Shown here: positions 27,813 to 36,963 of the stretch, piece after piece
How positions within the stretch are numbered: the first letter of the stretch is position 1
How the letters are laid out: each line of letters starts with the position of its first letter
Source of the DNA: Candidatus Marinacidobacterales bacterium
GTDB lineage: Bacteria; Acidobacteriota; Vicinamibacteria; Marinacidobacterales; DATDRI01
Length of the DNA: 64,000 nt
Direction: 5' to 3'
Assembly (NCBI GenBank): GCA_965226495.1
Contig: OZ245365.1
Coordinates: 4,192,001-4,256,000, forward strand
Position numbers and translations under genes: made by a program
The notes under the pieces: model-generated
Told to the model about the DNA's origin: nothing
Databases searched by the model: none
What the model saw: the letters and a program-made list of their open reading frames with translations, nothing else

Positions 27813-28955
27813 TCAGCTGTTGAAGATTTCGCGGGCGATGATAATGCGTTGGATCTGGCTGGTTCCTTCGTAGATCTGATAAATCTTGGCGTCACGGTAG
27901 AGCTTTTCGACCGGGTACTCTTTGCTGAATCCGTTTCCGCCGAACACCTGAACGGCGTCGGTGGCAACTTTGACCGCCGTATCGGCGGCGAAGAGCTTTG
28001 CGAAGGCAGCTTGCTTTGTGTTCCGGCGACCCTGGTCGATGGCCCAACCGGATTGCCAAACCAGAAGCCTCGCCGCTTCAACGGCGCACGCCATGTCGGC
28101 GATCATGAAGCTGATCCCCTGATGTTTGTAGATCGGGACGCCGAAAGTCTCTCTCTCCTTGGCATAGTTCACGGCGTGCTCGTAGGCCGAGCGGGCGAGC
28201 CCCACCGCAGCAGCTGCGACCACCGGTCGCGAGTGATCGAAAGCAGCCATCGCTACTTTCCAACCCGCACCCTCTTCACCCAAACGATTGCCAACCGGCA
28301 CCTTGACGTCTTCAAAACTGACCGCGCGCGTGTCGGAACAACGCTGGCCCATGTTGTTTTCCTTTTTGCCCAGCACGATGCCATCTGAGTCACGCGGAAC
28401 CACGAAAGCGCTCATGCCCCGGTAACCCTGATCCGGGTCCGTGTAGGCGAGCACGAAATACCAGCTGGCGACACCACCGTTGGTAATCCACATCTTGCTG
28501 CCGTTGAGGACGTAATCGTCGCCGTGTCGTTTGGCGGTGGTGCGGATGCCCTGAACGTCTGAACCGGCCCCCGGCTCGGTAACGCAGTACGCGGTGAAGA
28601 GGAATTCATCGATCGTCGGCGTGAGCCACTTCTTTTTTTGCTCGTCGTTGCCCGCGACGATGATCGGGCACTCCGCTAGAGTATTCGCCTCCATCGCGGT
28701 GCTGACTCCGGTGCACGCCCAGGCAGTCTCCTCGGCGATGAGGCATCCCTCGAGAACTCCCAGACCCAATCCCCCGTACTCCTCGGGAATGTGCGAATTC
28801 ATGAGCCCGAGCTCCCAGGCCTTCTGACAAATCTCACGCGGGTACTCGGCAGTTTCATCGAGACGTGCAGCGTGGGGAGCGATCTCTTTTTCGGCAAACT
28901 CGTGGGCGAGATCGCAAAGCTGCTTCTGTTCGTCGCTGAGCGTAAAGTCGATCAT
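27813..28955 (-). CDS. Acyl-CoA dehydrogenase
   Basis: [46 protein letters not shown]. Confidence 0.93.
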   Translation of the reverse strand: MIDFTLSDEQKQLCDLAHEFAEKEIAPHAARLDETAEYPREICQKAWELGLMNSHIPEEYGGLGLGVLEGCLIAEETAWACTGVSTAMEANTLAECPIIVAGNDEQKKKWLTPTIDEFLFTAYCVTEPGAGSDVQGIRTTAKRHGDDYVLNGSKMWITNGGVASWYFVLAYTDPDQGYRGMSAFVVPRDSDGIVLGKKENNMGQRCSDTRAVSFEDVKVPVGNRLGEEGAGWKVAMAAFDHSRPVVAAAAVGLARSAYEHAVNYAKERETFGVPIYKHQGISFMIADMACAVEAARLLVWQSGWAIDQGRRNTKQAAFAKLFAADTAVKVATDAVQVFGGNGFSKEYPVEKLYRDAKIYQIYEGTSQIQRIIIAREIFNS

Positions 28956-28983
28956 GGTCTCTCTCCAACAGGTTGATTGGCTC

Positions 28984-29769
28984 TCATTTTCCCTTGAACC
29001 GAGGCGGGCGCTTTTCCGCAAATGCGGTGAACCCTTCAAGGGAGTCCTCGGACTCGAAGCAGGCCGTTTGGGCCTCCTCCTCGTAATCTAGCATCTGATC
29101 GAGGGAGGCCCCTACCGCATCGTAGATAGCCTCTTTTGCGAACCGGACCGCTTGAGGTGGTGCGGCGACCAGCTCGCGCGCCAGCTCCAACACCCGATCG
29201 GGAAACTCGTCGTCCTCGACGACCCGATTGACCAAACCCACGCGCAGAGCTTCCTCCGCGCTCAGCATGCGTCCGGTGAAGATCATCTCGCAGGCCATGC
29301 CGGTGCCGACCAAACGAGGGAGGAAAAAACTACCACCCCAATCGGGATGGAGCCCCACCCGCGAGAAGGTCGCGCCCAGGCGAGCGTCGCTCGATGCAAT
29401 ACGGAGATCACAGGCAAGGGCGAGACTCAAACCCGCACCCGCTGCAACCCCGTTGATGGCGGCGACCGTCGGAAGCGGCAATTCACGCAGGAGCTCGACC
29501 ACACGGCGGCCAGATTCCATGAGCTGCCTCAGCGCCTCGGTGTCGCCCCGGCGCCGAAGCTCCGTCATGACCTTCACGTCGCCTCCGCTGCAAAACGCCT
29601 TTCCGGCGCCGGTGATGACCAGGACGCGGGCCCGGCCGAGTGACTTGGCGATGGCCTGATGAAGATCATCCCGCATGGTTCCGGAGAGGGCGTTGAGCTC
29701 CTCGGGACGATCCAGAGTCACGGTGGCGATATCGTCCGATACTTCGAACAGGACGTGCTCCCAGCTCAT
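28984..29769 (-). CDS. Enoyl-CoA hydratase/isomerase (PaaG-like)
   Basis: AFCSGGD, AAGAG, GLHPDWG. Confidence 0.85.
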   Translation of the reverse strand: MSWEHVLFEVSDDIATVTLDRPEELNALSGTMRDDLHQAIAKSLGRARVLVITGAGKAFCSGGDVKVMTELRRRGDTEALRQLMESGRRVVELLRELPLPTVAAINGVAAGAGLSLALACDLRIASSDARLGATFSRVGLHPDWGGSFFLPRLVGTGMACEMIFTGRMLSAEEALRVGLVNRVVEDDEFPDRVLELARELVAAPPQAVRFAKEAIYDAVGASLDQMLDYEEEAQTACFESEDSLEGFTAFAEKRPPRFKGK

Positions 29770-29776
29770 CGCTATT

Positions 29777-30967
29777 TCAGACCTTCTCTACCAGCAAGGC
29801 GAGTCCCAAGCCGCCACTGATACAGAGCGTCGCCAAGCCTCGGCGGGCGTCGCGTTTCTTCATTTCGTGGAGGAGTGTGACGACGATCCTTGTTCCGGTG
29901 GCGCCAATCGGGTGTCCAAGGGAGATCGCCCCGCCGTTCACATTCACTCGCTCCAGATCGAAATCCAGCTCTTTGTGGCAGGCCAACACTTGGCTTGCAA
30001 ACGCTTCGTTCAGCTCGATGAGGTCGATGTCCTCAAGCGAGAGACCCGTTTTGTCGAGAAGCTTCTTGACCGCAGGTACCGGGCCGATGCCCATGATCGC
30101 GGGGTCCACGCCTGCCGACGCATAGCCCACGATACGGGCCATCGGTTCCACACCGAGACGGTTGGCTTTCTCTTCACTCAAGACAACCAGCGCCGCCGCA
30201 CCGTCTGTGATCCCGGATGAGTTCCCGGCGTGAACCGTTCCGTCTTTCCGAAAGACGGGCGGAAGCTTGGCGAGGCTCTCCGGTGTCACGCCGTCCCGCG
30301 GATGTTCGTCTTCGGAGATCGTCAACATCTGCCCCTTCTGACCTGGCACCTCCACGGAAACGATCTCATCTTTGAACCGGCCCGACTTCCGAGCCGCCTC
30401 GGAGCGCCGCTGGCTTTGGGACGCGTACCGATCGCTCTCTTCTCTAGAGATTCCGTATTTATCCACGAGGTTCTCGGCGGTGTCTCCCATCAGCTGATCG
30501 CACAGTGGACATAGGAACCCGTCCCGGTACATGCCATCTACGATCTCGGAATGCCCCAACCGATAACCCCACCTTGCCTCGAGCATGAGGTAAGGCGTGT
30601 TGCTCATGCTCTCGGTCCCACCGGCAAGCACCACGTCGGCGTCCCCCAGCGCGATGGCCCCATAGGCATTCATGATCGCCTTCAGACTGGATCCACACGC
30701 CTTATTAATGGTGTAGGCAGGAGTGGTCTCGGGCACGCCAGCACGGTAGGCAATCTGGCGGGCGACGTTGGGCCGAACACCGGCCTGCCGACTGTTTCCG
30801 AAAATGGCCTCATCAACCGCATCGGCGGGCGTTCCGCTACGTTCGAGGGCCGCTGTCGCGGCGGCGGCGCCCAGGTCGGCGGCTTGGAGCGGCGTCAGCC
30901 CCCCACCGAACTTCCCTATGGGTGTCCGCACCGCGCCGGCTAGGAAGATGTTCTTCGCCATGCTCAC
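29777..30967 (-). CDS. Acetyl-CoA C-acyltransferase (thiolase)
   Basis: NKACGS, NEAF, GHPIGATG, LCISGG. Confidence 0.93.
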   Translation of the reverse strand: MSMAKNIFLAGAVRTPIGKFGGGLTPLQAADLGAAAATAALERSGTPADAVDEAIFGNSRQAGVRPNVARQIAYRAGVPETTPAYTINKACGSSLKAIMNAYGAIALGDADVVLAGGTESMSNTPYLMLEARWGYRLGHSEIVDGMYRDGFLCPLCDQLMGDTAENLVDKYGISREESDRYASQSQRRSEAARKSGRFKDEIVSVEVPGQKGQMLTISEDEHPRDGVTPESLAKLPPVFRKDGTVHAGNSSGITDGAAALVVLSEEKANRLGVEPMARIVGYASAGVDPAIMGIGPVPAVKKLLDKTGLSLEDIDLIELNEAFASQVLACHKELDFDLERVNVNGGAISLGHPIGATGTRIVVTLLHEMKKRDARRGLATLCISGGLGLALLVEKV

Positions 30968-31758
30968 TTGCCTTTGAACGCGGGCTTTCTCTTCTCGAGG
31001 TGAGCGTCCAATCCTTCCTTGGCGTCTTCGGAAATGAAGAGCTGCTGCTGAAGCTCTCGCTCCAAAGCCAGCGCTTCCGAGAACGGAACCTCGAGACCGG
31101 AGCAGACAGCCCGCTTGATCCGTCCGACCGCCTTCGAGGCCTTGGCTGGAGGCACGAACTGCGAGGCATACTCCATCACTCGCTCTCTAAAACCTTCCGC
31201 CGGCCAGACGTGATTCACCAAACCGAGCTTCTCCGCGTCGTCGAAGGATAGGAGGCTGCCCGTTGCCATCAGCTCGATGGACCTGGACTTGCCCAGCAAA
31301 CGTGCCAGGCGCTGGGTGCCACCCGTTCCGGGCAGGACGCCCAGAGAAACCTCGGGGAGACCGATCTTGCCGCCGTCTTTCTTGGCGAGGCGTATGTCAG
31401 CAGCAAGGGCGACCTCCAGCCCACCGCCGACAGTGTGTCCGTTCAACGCCGCAATAACTAGCTTCGGAGTTTGCTCCAAGCGATTCAAGGTTTCGTTGGC
31501 ATGGAGGCAGAAGTAGTACTTGAACTCCGGATCGGCCTCGGTGAGCATCTTGATGTTGGCTCCCGCACAGAAAAATTTGTCCCCCTTGGCGGTGATCAAG
31601 AATACGTGGACGTTCTGGTCCATGCGCGCCTCGAGGACGGCATCATCCAATTGCCGCATCATCTCGTAGCTGTAGGTGTTGGCCGGCGGATCGTTCAGCT
31701 CGAAAATAGCGACGCCGTCTTCGGTTCGGTAGTCAACCAGCCGTGCATCGGAAGACAT
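30964..31758 (-). CDS. Enoyl-CoA hydratase associated with the box cluster
   Basis: FFCAGAN, GGGLE, PEVSLGVLPGTGGTQR, FKYYFCLHANETL. Confidence 0.85.
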   Translation of the reverse strand: MSSDARLVDYRTEDGVAIFELNDPPANTYSYEMMRQLDDAVLEARMDQNVHVFLITAKGDKFFCAGANIKMLTEADPEFKYYFCLHANETLNRLEQTPKLVIAALNGHTVGGGLEVALAADIRLAKKDGGKIGLPEVSLGVLPGTGGTQRLARLLGKSRSIELMATGSLLSFDDAEKLGLVNHVWPAEGFRERVMEYASQFVPPAKASKAVGRIKRAVCSGLEVPFSEALALERELQQQLFISEDAKEGLDAHLEKRKPAFKGK

Positions 31759-31796
31759 GATTTTCCTCTCTTAAAAACGGACCGACCAACTGTGAG

Positions 31797-31853
31797 GTCA
31801 GGCTGTCAGGCTGTCAGGCTGTCAGGCTGTCAGGCTTGTCAGGCTTGTCAGGC
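31797..31853. repeat. Tandem 8/9-mer repeat (GTCAGGCT) x7 at the boxB stop
   Basis: Read directly from the sequence. Confidence 0.9.
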
Positions 31854-33254
31854 CCTTCTCACGTACTCGAAATCGAACGGCTTTCCTTTGACCCCAGATT
31901 GCGGCGGCGCGATCCAGTTTGCGATCTTTCCTGGCTCGTGGACCGGCTTCATCAGGCTTGCCACAAAAGCTTCGTCCTCCTTCGAGGGCAACCATTCGTC
32001 CTTTCGAGCGTTCCACTGATCCTCGGAGAGCATCTCTCCCTTCGGGTCGAAGAAGTAGCCCGAAAAAGCCCCGATCTGTCGATTGAACCGCCGGTGGGGT
32101 AATGCCAGGCGCTCTGCGATCCCGTGCTGCTCCAAGATTCGGTTCCACCGATCCACGCCCCTCTGAGAGTCTTCGACGTAGGCGTCACGGAGGATCTCGT
32201 TCATCGCATTGCGGAGCGGCACTTCGGAACGCGTGAGCTTCCCGTTGTCGACCACGTCCATCTCGTACACACCCTCGAGGGCTTTGTGGTCGGAGTAACT
32301 TTCTTCCTTGTGCCGTCCCTTTAGGCCCGCCGCGAAGAACTGTGCTGCGTTCGTCGAGACTTCCCCGCCGAACAGATCGAGGGAGATGGCAAACCAGAAG
32401 TTGAGATACCTCTGAATCGTCTGTAGGTCGAACGCTCCCTCGCGACGGACATCGTCCTTTCCATCGCGCATCAACTGGGCGGCGCGCTCCACCATGCGCC
32501 CCACACCGGTCTCTCCGACCGACATGTGGAAAGCCTCCTCGGTCAACATGAACCGGCAGGTACGGGAAAGTGGATCGAATCCACTTTCGGAGAGTGCCAG
32601 CAACTGGAACTTCCCATCGCGGTCGGTGAACATCGTGAACATGAAGAAGTTGAGCCAATCCCCACAAGGGGCGTTGAAGGCCCCGAGCAAACGCGGCTTG
32701 TCCGGATTACCGCTACGTCGTTCCAACAAACCCTCCGCCTCTTCACGCCCGTCGCGACCAAAGTACGAGTGCAGTAGATAGACCATCGCCCACAGGTGAC
32801 GTCCTTCCTCGACATTCACCTGAAACAAGTTTCGCATGTCGTAGATGCTCGGAGCGGTCTTCCCGAGCTCGCGCTGTTGCTCGACACTTGCCGGTTCCGT
32901 ATCCCCCTGAGTGACGATCAGGCGACGAAGCTGCGTCCGGAACTCGCCGGGCACATTCTGCCAAGCCGGCTGTCCCTCGAAATCACCGAACCCGATCTTT
33001 CGATCGGCAGCGGTCGGTGTCAGAAAGATACCCCAGCGGTACTCGGGCATCCGCGTGAAATCGAAGTGCGCCCATCCGCCCGGCTCCACCGAAATGGCGG
33101 TGCGGAGATAGACTTCGTCGGCCTGGAAACCATCAGGGCCCATATCCTTCCACCATTCGATGAAGTTGGGCTGCCATTTCTCGAGCGCCCGCTTCAGTTT
33201 CGGGTCTTGGGAAAGGTTGACGTTGTTTGGAATCCTTTCGTCGAGTTCCGACAC
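31848..33254 (-). CDS. boxB: Benzoyl-CoA 2,3-epoxidase subunit B
   Basis: IPNNVNL, QGDTEPASVEQQ, di-iron EEGRH and EEAFH, DRDGKFQL. Confidence 0.93.
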   Translation of the reverse strand: MSELDERIPNNVNLSQDPKLKRALEKWQPNFIEWWKDMGPDGFQADEVYLRTAISVEPGGWAHFDFTRMPEYRWGIFLTPTAADRKIGFGDFEGQPAWQNVPGEFRTQLRRLIVTQGDTEPASVEQQRELGKTAPSIYDMRNLFQVNVEEGRHLWAMVYLLHSYFGRDGREEAEGLLERRSGNPDKPRLLGAFNAPCGDWLNFFMFTMFTDRDGKFQLLALSESGFDPLSRTCRFMLTEEAFHMSVGETGVGRMVERAAQLMRDGKDDVRREGAFDLQTIQRYLNFWFAISLDLFGGEVSTNAAQFFAAGLKGRHKEESYSDHKALEGVYEMDVVDNGKLTRSEVPLRNAMNEILRDAYVEDSQRGVDRWNRILEQHGIAERLALPHRRFNRQIGAFSGYFFDPKGEMLSEDQWNARKDEWLPSKEDEAFVASLMKPVHEPGKIANWIAPPQSGVKGKPFDFEYVRRA

Positions 33255-33255
33255 T

Positions 33256-34893
33256 TTAAGTTTTCCTCCAGTCAAACTCGGGCAAGCTTGGCTTGCCATA
33301 TAGAGTGAGCGCCCCTTTCTCCCCCACCGCGTTGGGACGCTGGAATATCCAGTTCTGCCAGGCCGTCAATCGACCGAAAATTTTGGTTTCCATGGTCTCG
33401 GGGCCCGGGAAACGAAGCGAGGCCTCCATCCCGGTCATAGCGTCCGGCGAGAAACCCGCTCTTTCTTCGATCGCGATACGTACTTCGTCGTCCCAATCGA
33501 GCTCGTCGGGCACGAACGTAACGAGACCATGCTCCTCCGCCTCCTCGGCGTCGAAGAGTTCTTTGTGCTCCAGGATTCGCTGGACTCTCGTGGGATCTCC
33601 CAAGAATCTTGTTTCCAAGCGAGAGAGCCCGTTACTCATCGGCAATAGTCCACCGTTCAAGGGCCCGAGGCCGAGCCGCACCGGGGGCTCGGCTCCAGCA
33701 AGCATGTAGCTTCGGTCTGCGGCGAGGGCGAGCTCCAAGAGACTCCCCGCAAAACACGAGCCTGGCTCGATGAGAGCGAAGAGGCTTCTCGCGGTCAGAT
33801 CGAGCCGCTTGAGCATTCGCCGGAGCTTCAGAATGATCTCGCGAGCCAGCCAATTGTCGGCGAGGCGAGCCAGGGCACGATCAAACGCCAGCACTCGCTC
33901 GGGGTCGCCGGTCGTCTTCAAAATCAAGAGCCCCACCGTCTCGTAGTTGAATCGTAGTTGGCAAAGCGCATCGTCGAGCTCGCGCGCCATGGCCAGCGTC
34001 CAAAAGTCACAGCCAGCCTTGTGCAATGCTTCCACCGACTCGGGAGGTTCTCCTTCCGGTCCGCGAACCATCAACTCTGCGGTGCGTCGCTTCAGATCGA
34101 TCGTCACCGTGACGTGTCGATAAGCCAAACGGTTCTCGGTACGCTCCGCTTCCAGCGGTGTGAGCTCGATGCCTTTTTCTCCCGAGTCGTCCGGCGACGC
34201 CTCGACCAACGCTCGAGCTCGCTCTTGAACCGTGGCGTCGAATTGGCTGCGGGGTGCGATGCGATCGACCAAACCCCACTCCACGGCGCGCTTGCCTTTG
34301 ATCCCTTCCACCAAGGTGGAGAACACGTCGGCCCGATCGCGACGAACCCTTCGTTTGTCGACGAGTCGCGTGAGTCCTCCCGTTCCCGGCAACACGCCTA
34401 GCAGGGGTACTTCCGGCAACGCGACCGCGGCGTTGCCGTCATCGACCAAAACGATTTCGTCTGCGGCGAGGGCCAACTCGTAGCCTCCCCCCGAGCAGAC
34501 GCCGTTGACCGCGGCAATGTAGTGCTGGCCACTTTCGCGGCTCGCTTCCTCCATGGCCAAGCGCGTCTCGTTGGTGAACTTACAAAAATTGACCTTGTAA
34601 GGATGGGAGGAGCTCGCCAGCATATAGATGTTCGCACCCGCCGAGAAGATCCGATCCTTGCCGCTCCGCACGACGACCGCCTTGATCTCAGGATGCTCGA
34701 AGCGCAGACGCTCGATCGCGTCGGCCAGCTCGATGTCGACACCGAGATCGTAGCTATTGAGCTTTAGCTGATAGCCCGGCCTGAGGCCGCCGTCTTCTTG
34801 GATGTCGATGGTGATGGTGGCCACCGCTCCGTCGAGCGTCAGCTTCAGATGGCGGTAGGCGCCCGGATTTGTCTCGCAATCAATTGGTTGCAT
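33256..34893 (-). CDS. boxC: 2,3-epoxybenzoyl-CoA dihydrolase
   Basis: LKLNSYDLGVDIELADA, KVNFCKFTNETR, ETKIFGRLTAWQNWIFQRPNA. Confidence 0.93.
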   Translation of the reverse strand: MQPIDCETNPGAYRHLKLTLDGAVATITIDIQEDGGLRPGYQLKLNSYDLGVDIELADAIERLRFEHPEIKAVVVRSGKDRIFSAGANIYMLASSSHPYKVNFCKFTNETRLAMEEASRESGQHYIAAVNGVCSGGGYELALAADEIVLVDDGNAAVALPEVPLLGVLPGTGGLTRLVDKRRVRRDRADVFSTLVEGIKGKRAVEWGLVDRIAPRSQFDATVQERARALVEASPDDSGEKGIELTPLEAERTENRLAYRHVTVTIDLKRRTAELMVRGPEGEPPESVEALHKAGCDFWTLAMARELDDALCQLRFNYETVGLLILKTTGDPERVLAFDRALARLADNWLAREIILKLRRMLKRLDLTARSLFALIEPGSCFAGSLLELALAADRSYMLAGAEPPVRLGLGPLNGGLLPMSNGLSRLETRFLGDPTRVQRILEHKELFDAEEAEEHGLVTFVPDELDWDDEVRIAIEERAGFSPDAMTGMEASLRFPGPETMETKIFGRLTAWQNWIFQRPNAVGEKGALTLYGKPSLPEFDWRKT

Positions 34894-35004
34894 GGACCAT
34901 CCAGCATACTACTAAACCCAAGATCCAAAAAATTAGACGGGATGAATGGGATTGAGGGCCTTGCCCGAGGCCGACCTAACCGGGGAGCGTGCTAGGATGC
35001 GGGC

Positions 35005-36963
35005 ATGCGCTGGTTGCTAATCGCGCTCGGCTCCCTTTCGGTGGCCGTCCTCGCGTCGGCGTCACAGCAAAAAACCGAGCCTTCCAACGCACTCACCATC
35101 GAAGGAATTCTTCGCGTTCCCCGGATAAATGAATACGCTCTGGCGCCCGACGGCGAGCGGACCGCTGCAGCCATTTCGATTCTCGGCCTAGAGAAAATCT
35201 GGGTCATCTCCGAGCCCGACAAAGTCGGCGTGCCGGTTGCTCACAGCGAGGGCGGCGACCGCGAGCCCGATTGGTCCCCGGACGGCAAGGAAATCGCCTT
35301 CGCTTCCAACCGCACCGGCAGCTGGCATGTCTTCGTGGCCGCCCCCGGGGACGAAGGAGCGCGCCAGATCACGAGTCGGCGTGACGGCGACGATCGCAGA
35401 CCGCGCTGGTCCCCCGACGGACAGCGGATCGCATACCTATCTCGCGCCTCGAGTGGCAGCTCGAGCTGGGACGTCTGGGTACAACCGATCGCGGACGGTG
35501 AGCCGCTGCGACTGACGCGAGACCCCTTGGACGAACAGGATCCGCGATGGTCGCCAGACGGCAAGTGGATCGCGTTTACGTTTCGGGGCGGCCGACACGT
35601 GAATCGGCGCGTCGCGGTTGTTCCCGCTGCGGGCGGTGATTTGCGCGAGCTCCTCCCTCAGAAATGGACCGGCGACAGTCACTCCGTCCGCTGGTCGCCA
35701 GATGGAGAGCGCCTGGCCTTCGTCTCCGATGAAGGCGGGCGGAAATCCATCTTCATCGTGTCTGTCAACGAAGGCAATGGAGGCGAGGGAGGCAAGCCCA
35801 AGCGACTCACTGATTCCAAGCACGAGCAGTCCGAACCCGCGTGGAGTCCCGACGGAGAAATGATCGCGCACGTTTCGAATAGCGAGGGAACCCAGCGCCT
35901 CATGGTGACGTCGGTCGCCAATCGCCAGAGCAGGCCCTTCACGCTCGGTCCGGGCGCCTACGAAAGCCCTCAATGGACGACCGACGGAGAGGCGTTGGCG
36001 AGTTTGTTCTCGGGCCCCGTCTATCCCGCTGACGTGTGGCTCTTCGAGAAGAACGCCGGGCGGCGAAGAGTAAGCGACACCCTGCCGCCGAATCTCGACG
36101 TCCGGAAGATGGTTCGCCCAGAGCTGGTGCGGTATTCGAGCTTCGATGGCCGGACCATCACCGGTTATCTCTATTTGCCCACCATCGCCAGCGCGGAACA
36201 ACCGGTTCCGCTCGTCGCACACCCCCACGGAGGGCCCACCTCGCAGTGGCTAAACGGCTGGCACCCATTCGTTCAGCTTCTTGTGCAACAGGGCTACGCC
36301 ATCTTCGCACCCAACGTACGTGGCAGCTCCGGCTTCGGCGTCGAGTTCGAAGAGCTCAACAATGGCGATTGGGGGGGAGGCGACCTCAAAGATCTCGTGG
36401 CCGGCGTTCGAGAGCTCATCCAGCGGCCGGAGATCCGCGACGACCGTATCGGCATCTGGGGTGTGAGCTACGGCGGTTTTCTCACCCTCGCCGCAATCGG
36501 CCAGTATCCGGACCTGTTCACCTGCGCGGTCGAAGCGGTAGGAATGCCCGATCTCGAGATGCTTTACCGAGAGACGAACACCGACGGCTTGACTTACTTA
36601 GAAAGGGAGCTCGGTCCGCTGCGCGATCACCAAGACCTTTATCGCGAGCTTTCTCCGGTCCGCCTGGTCGATGCAATGAAAACGCCATTGCTTACGTTCC
36701 ATGGGGAGGATTACCGGCTAGTCCCCTACTCGACCAAGGTTGGTATGTTGAAATCCCTCGTCGAGCGGAAATATCCCCTCGATGAGTTCGTTTTCAAGGG
36801 CGATCAGGGCCGCGGTGTGTACCGATTCGATCTCTACCCGCAGGCAGGCGGCCTTTACATGGAAAAAGTACTGGAAGTCTTCCGCGAAGAGCTTACTGGG
36901 CGTCCGGTGGCCCCGGCGGCGGAGCCGGCGGCGTCTGCCTCCAAGCTCGGAAGCGACCGTTGA
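35005..36963 (+). CDS. Secreted S9-family peptidase-like protein with PD40 propeller; triad Asp and His substituted
   Basis: Many WSPDG repeats, HGGP, GVSYGG; HGEDY and DQGRG in place of HGxxD and EGHG. Confidence 0.8.
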   Translation: MRWLLIALGSLSVAVLASASQQKTEPSNALTIEGILRVPRINEYALAPDGERTAAAISILGLEKIWVISEPDKVGVPVAHSEGGDREPDWSPDGKEIAFASNRTGSWHVFVAAPGDEGARQITSRRDGDDRRPRWSPDGQRIAYLSRASSGSSSWDVWVQPIADGEPLRLTRDPLDEQDPRWSPDGKWIAFTFRGGRHVNRRVAVVPAAGGDLRELLPQKWTGDSHSVRWSPDGERLAFVSDEGGRKSIFIVSVNEGNGGEGGKPKRLTDSKHEQSEPAWSPDGEMIAHVSNSEGTQRLMVTSVANRQSRPFTLGPGAYESPQWTTDGEALASLFSGPVYPADVWLFEKNAGRRRVSDTLPPNLDVRKMVRPELVRYSSFDGRTITGYLYLPTIASAEQPVPLVAHPHGGPTSQWLNGWHPFVQLLVQQGYAIFAPNVRGSSGFGVEFEELNNGDWGGGDLKDLVAGVRELIQRPEIRDDRIGIWGVSYGGFLTLAAIGQYPDLFTCAVEAVGMPDLEMLYRETNTDGLTYLERELGPLRDHQDLYRELSPVRLVDAMKTPLLTFHGEDYRLVPYSTKVGMLKSLVERKYPLDEFVFKGDQGRGVYRFDLYPQAGGLYMEKVLEVFREELTGRPVAPAAEPAASASKLGSDR

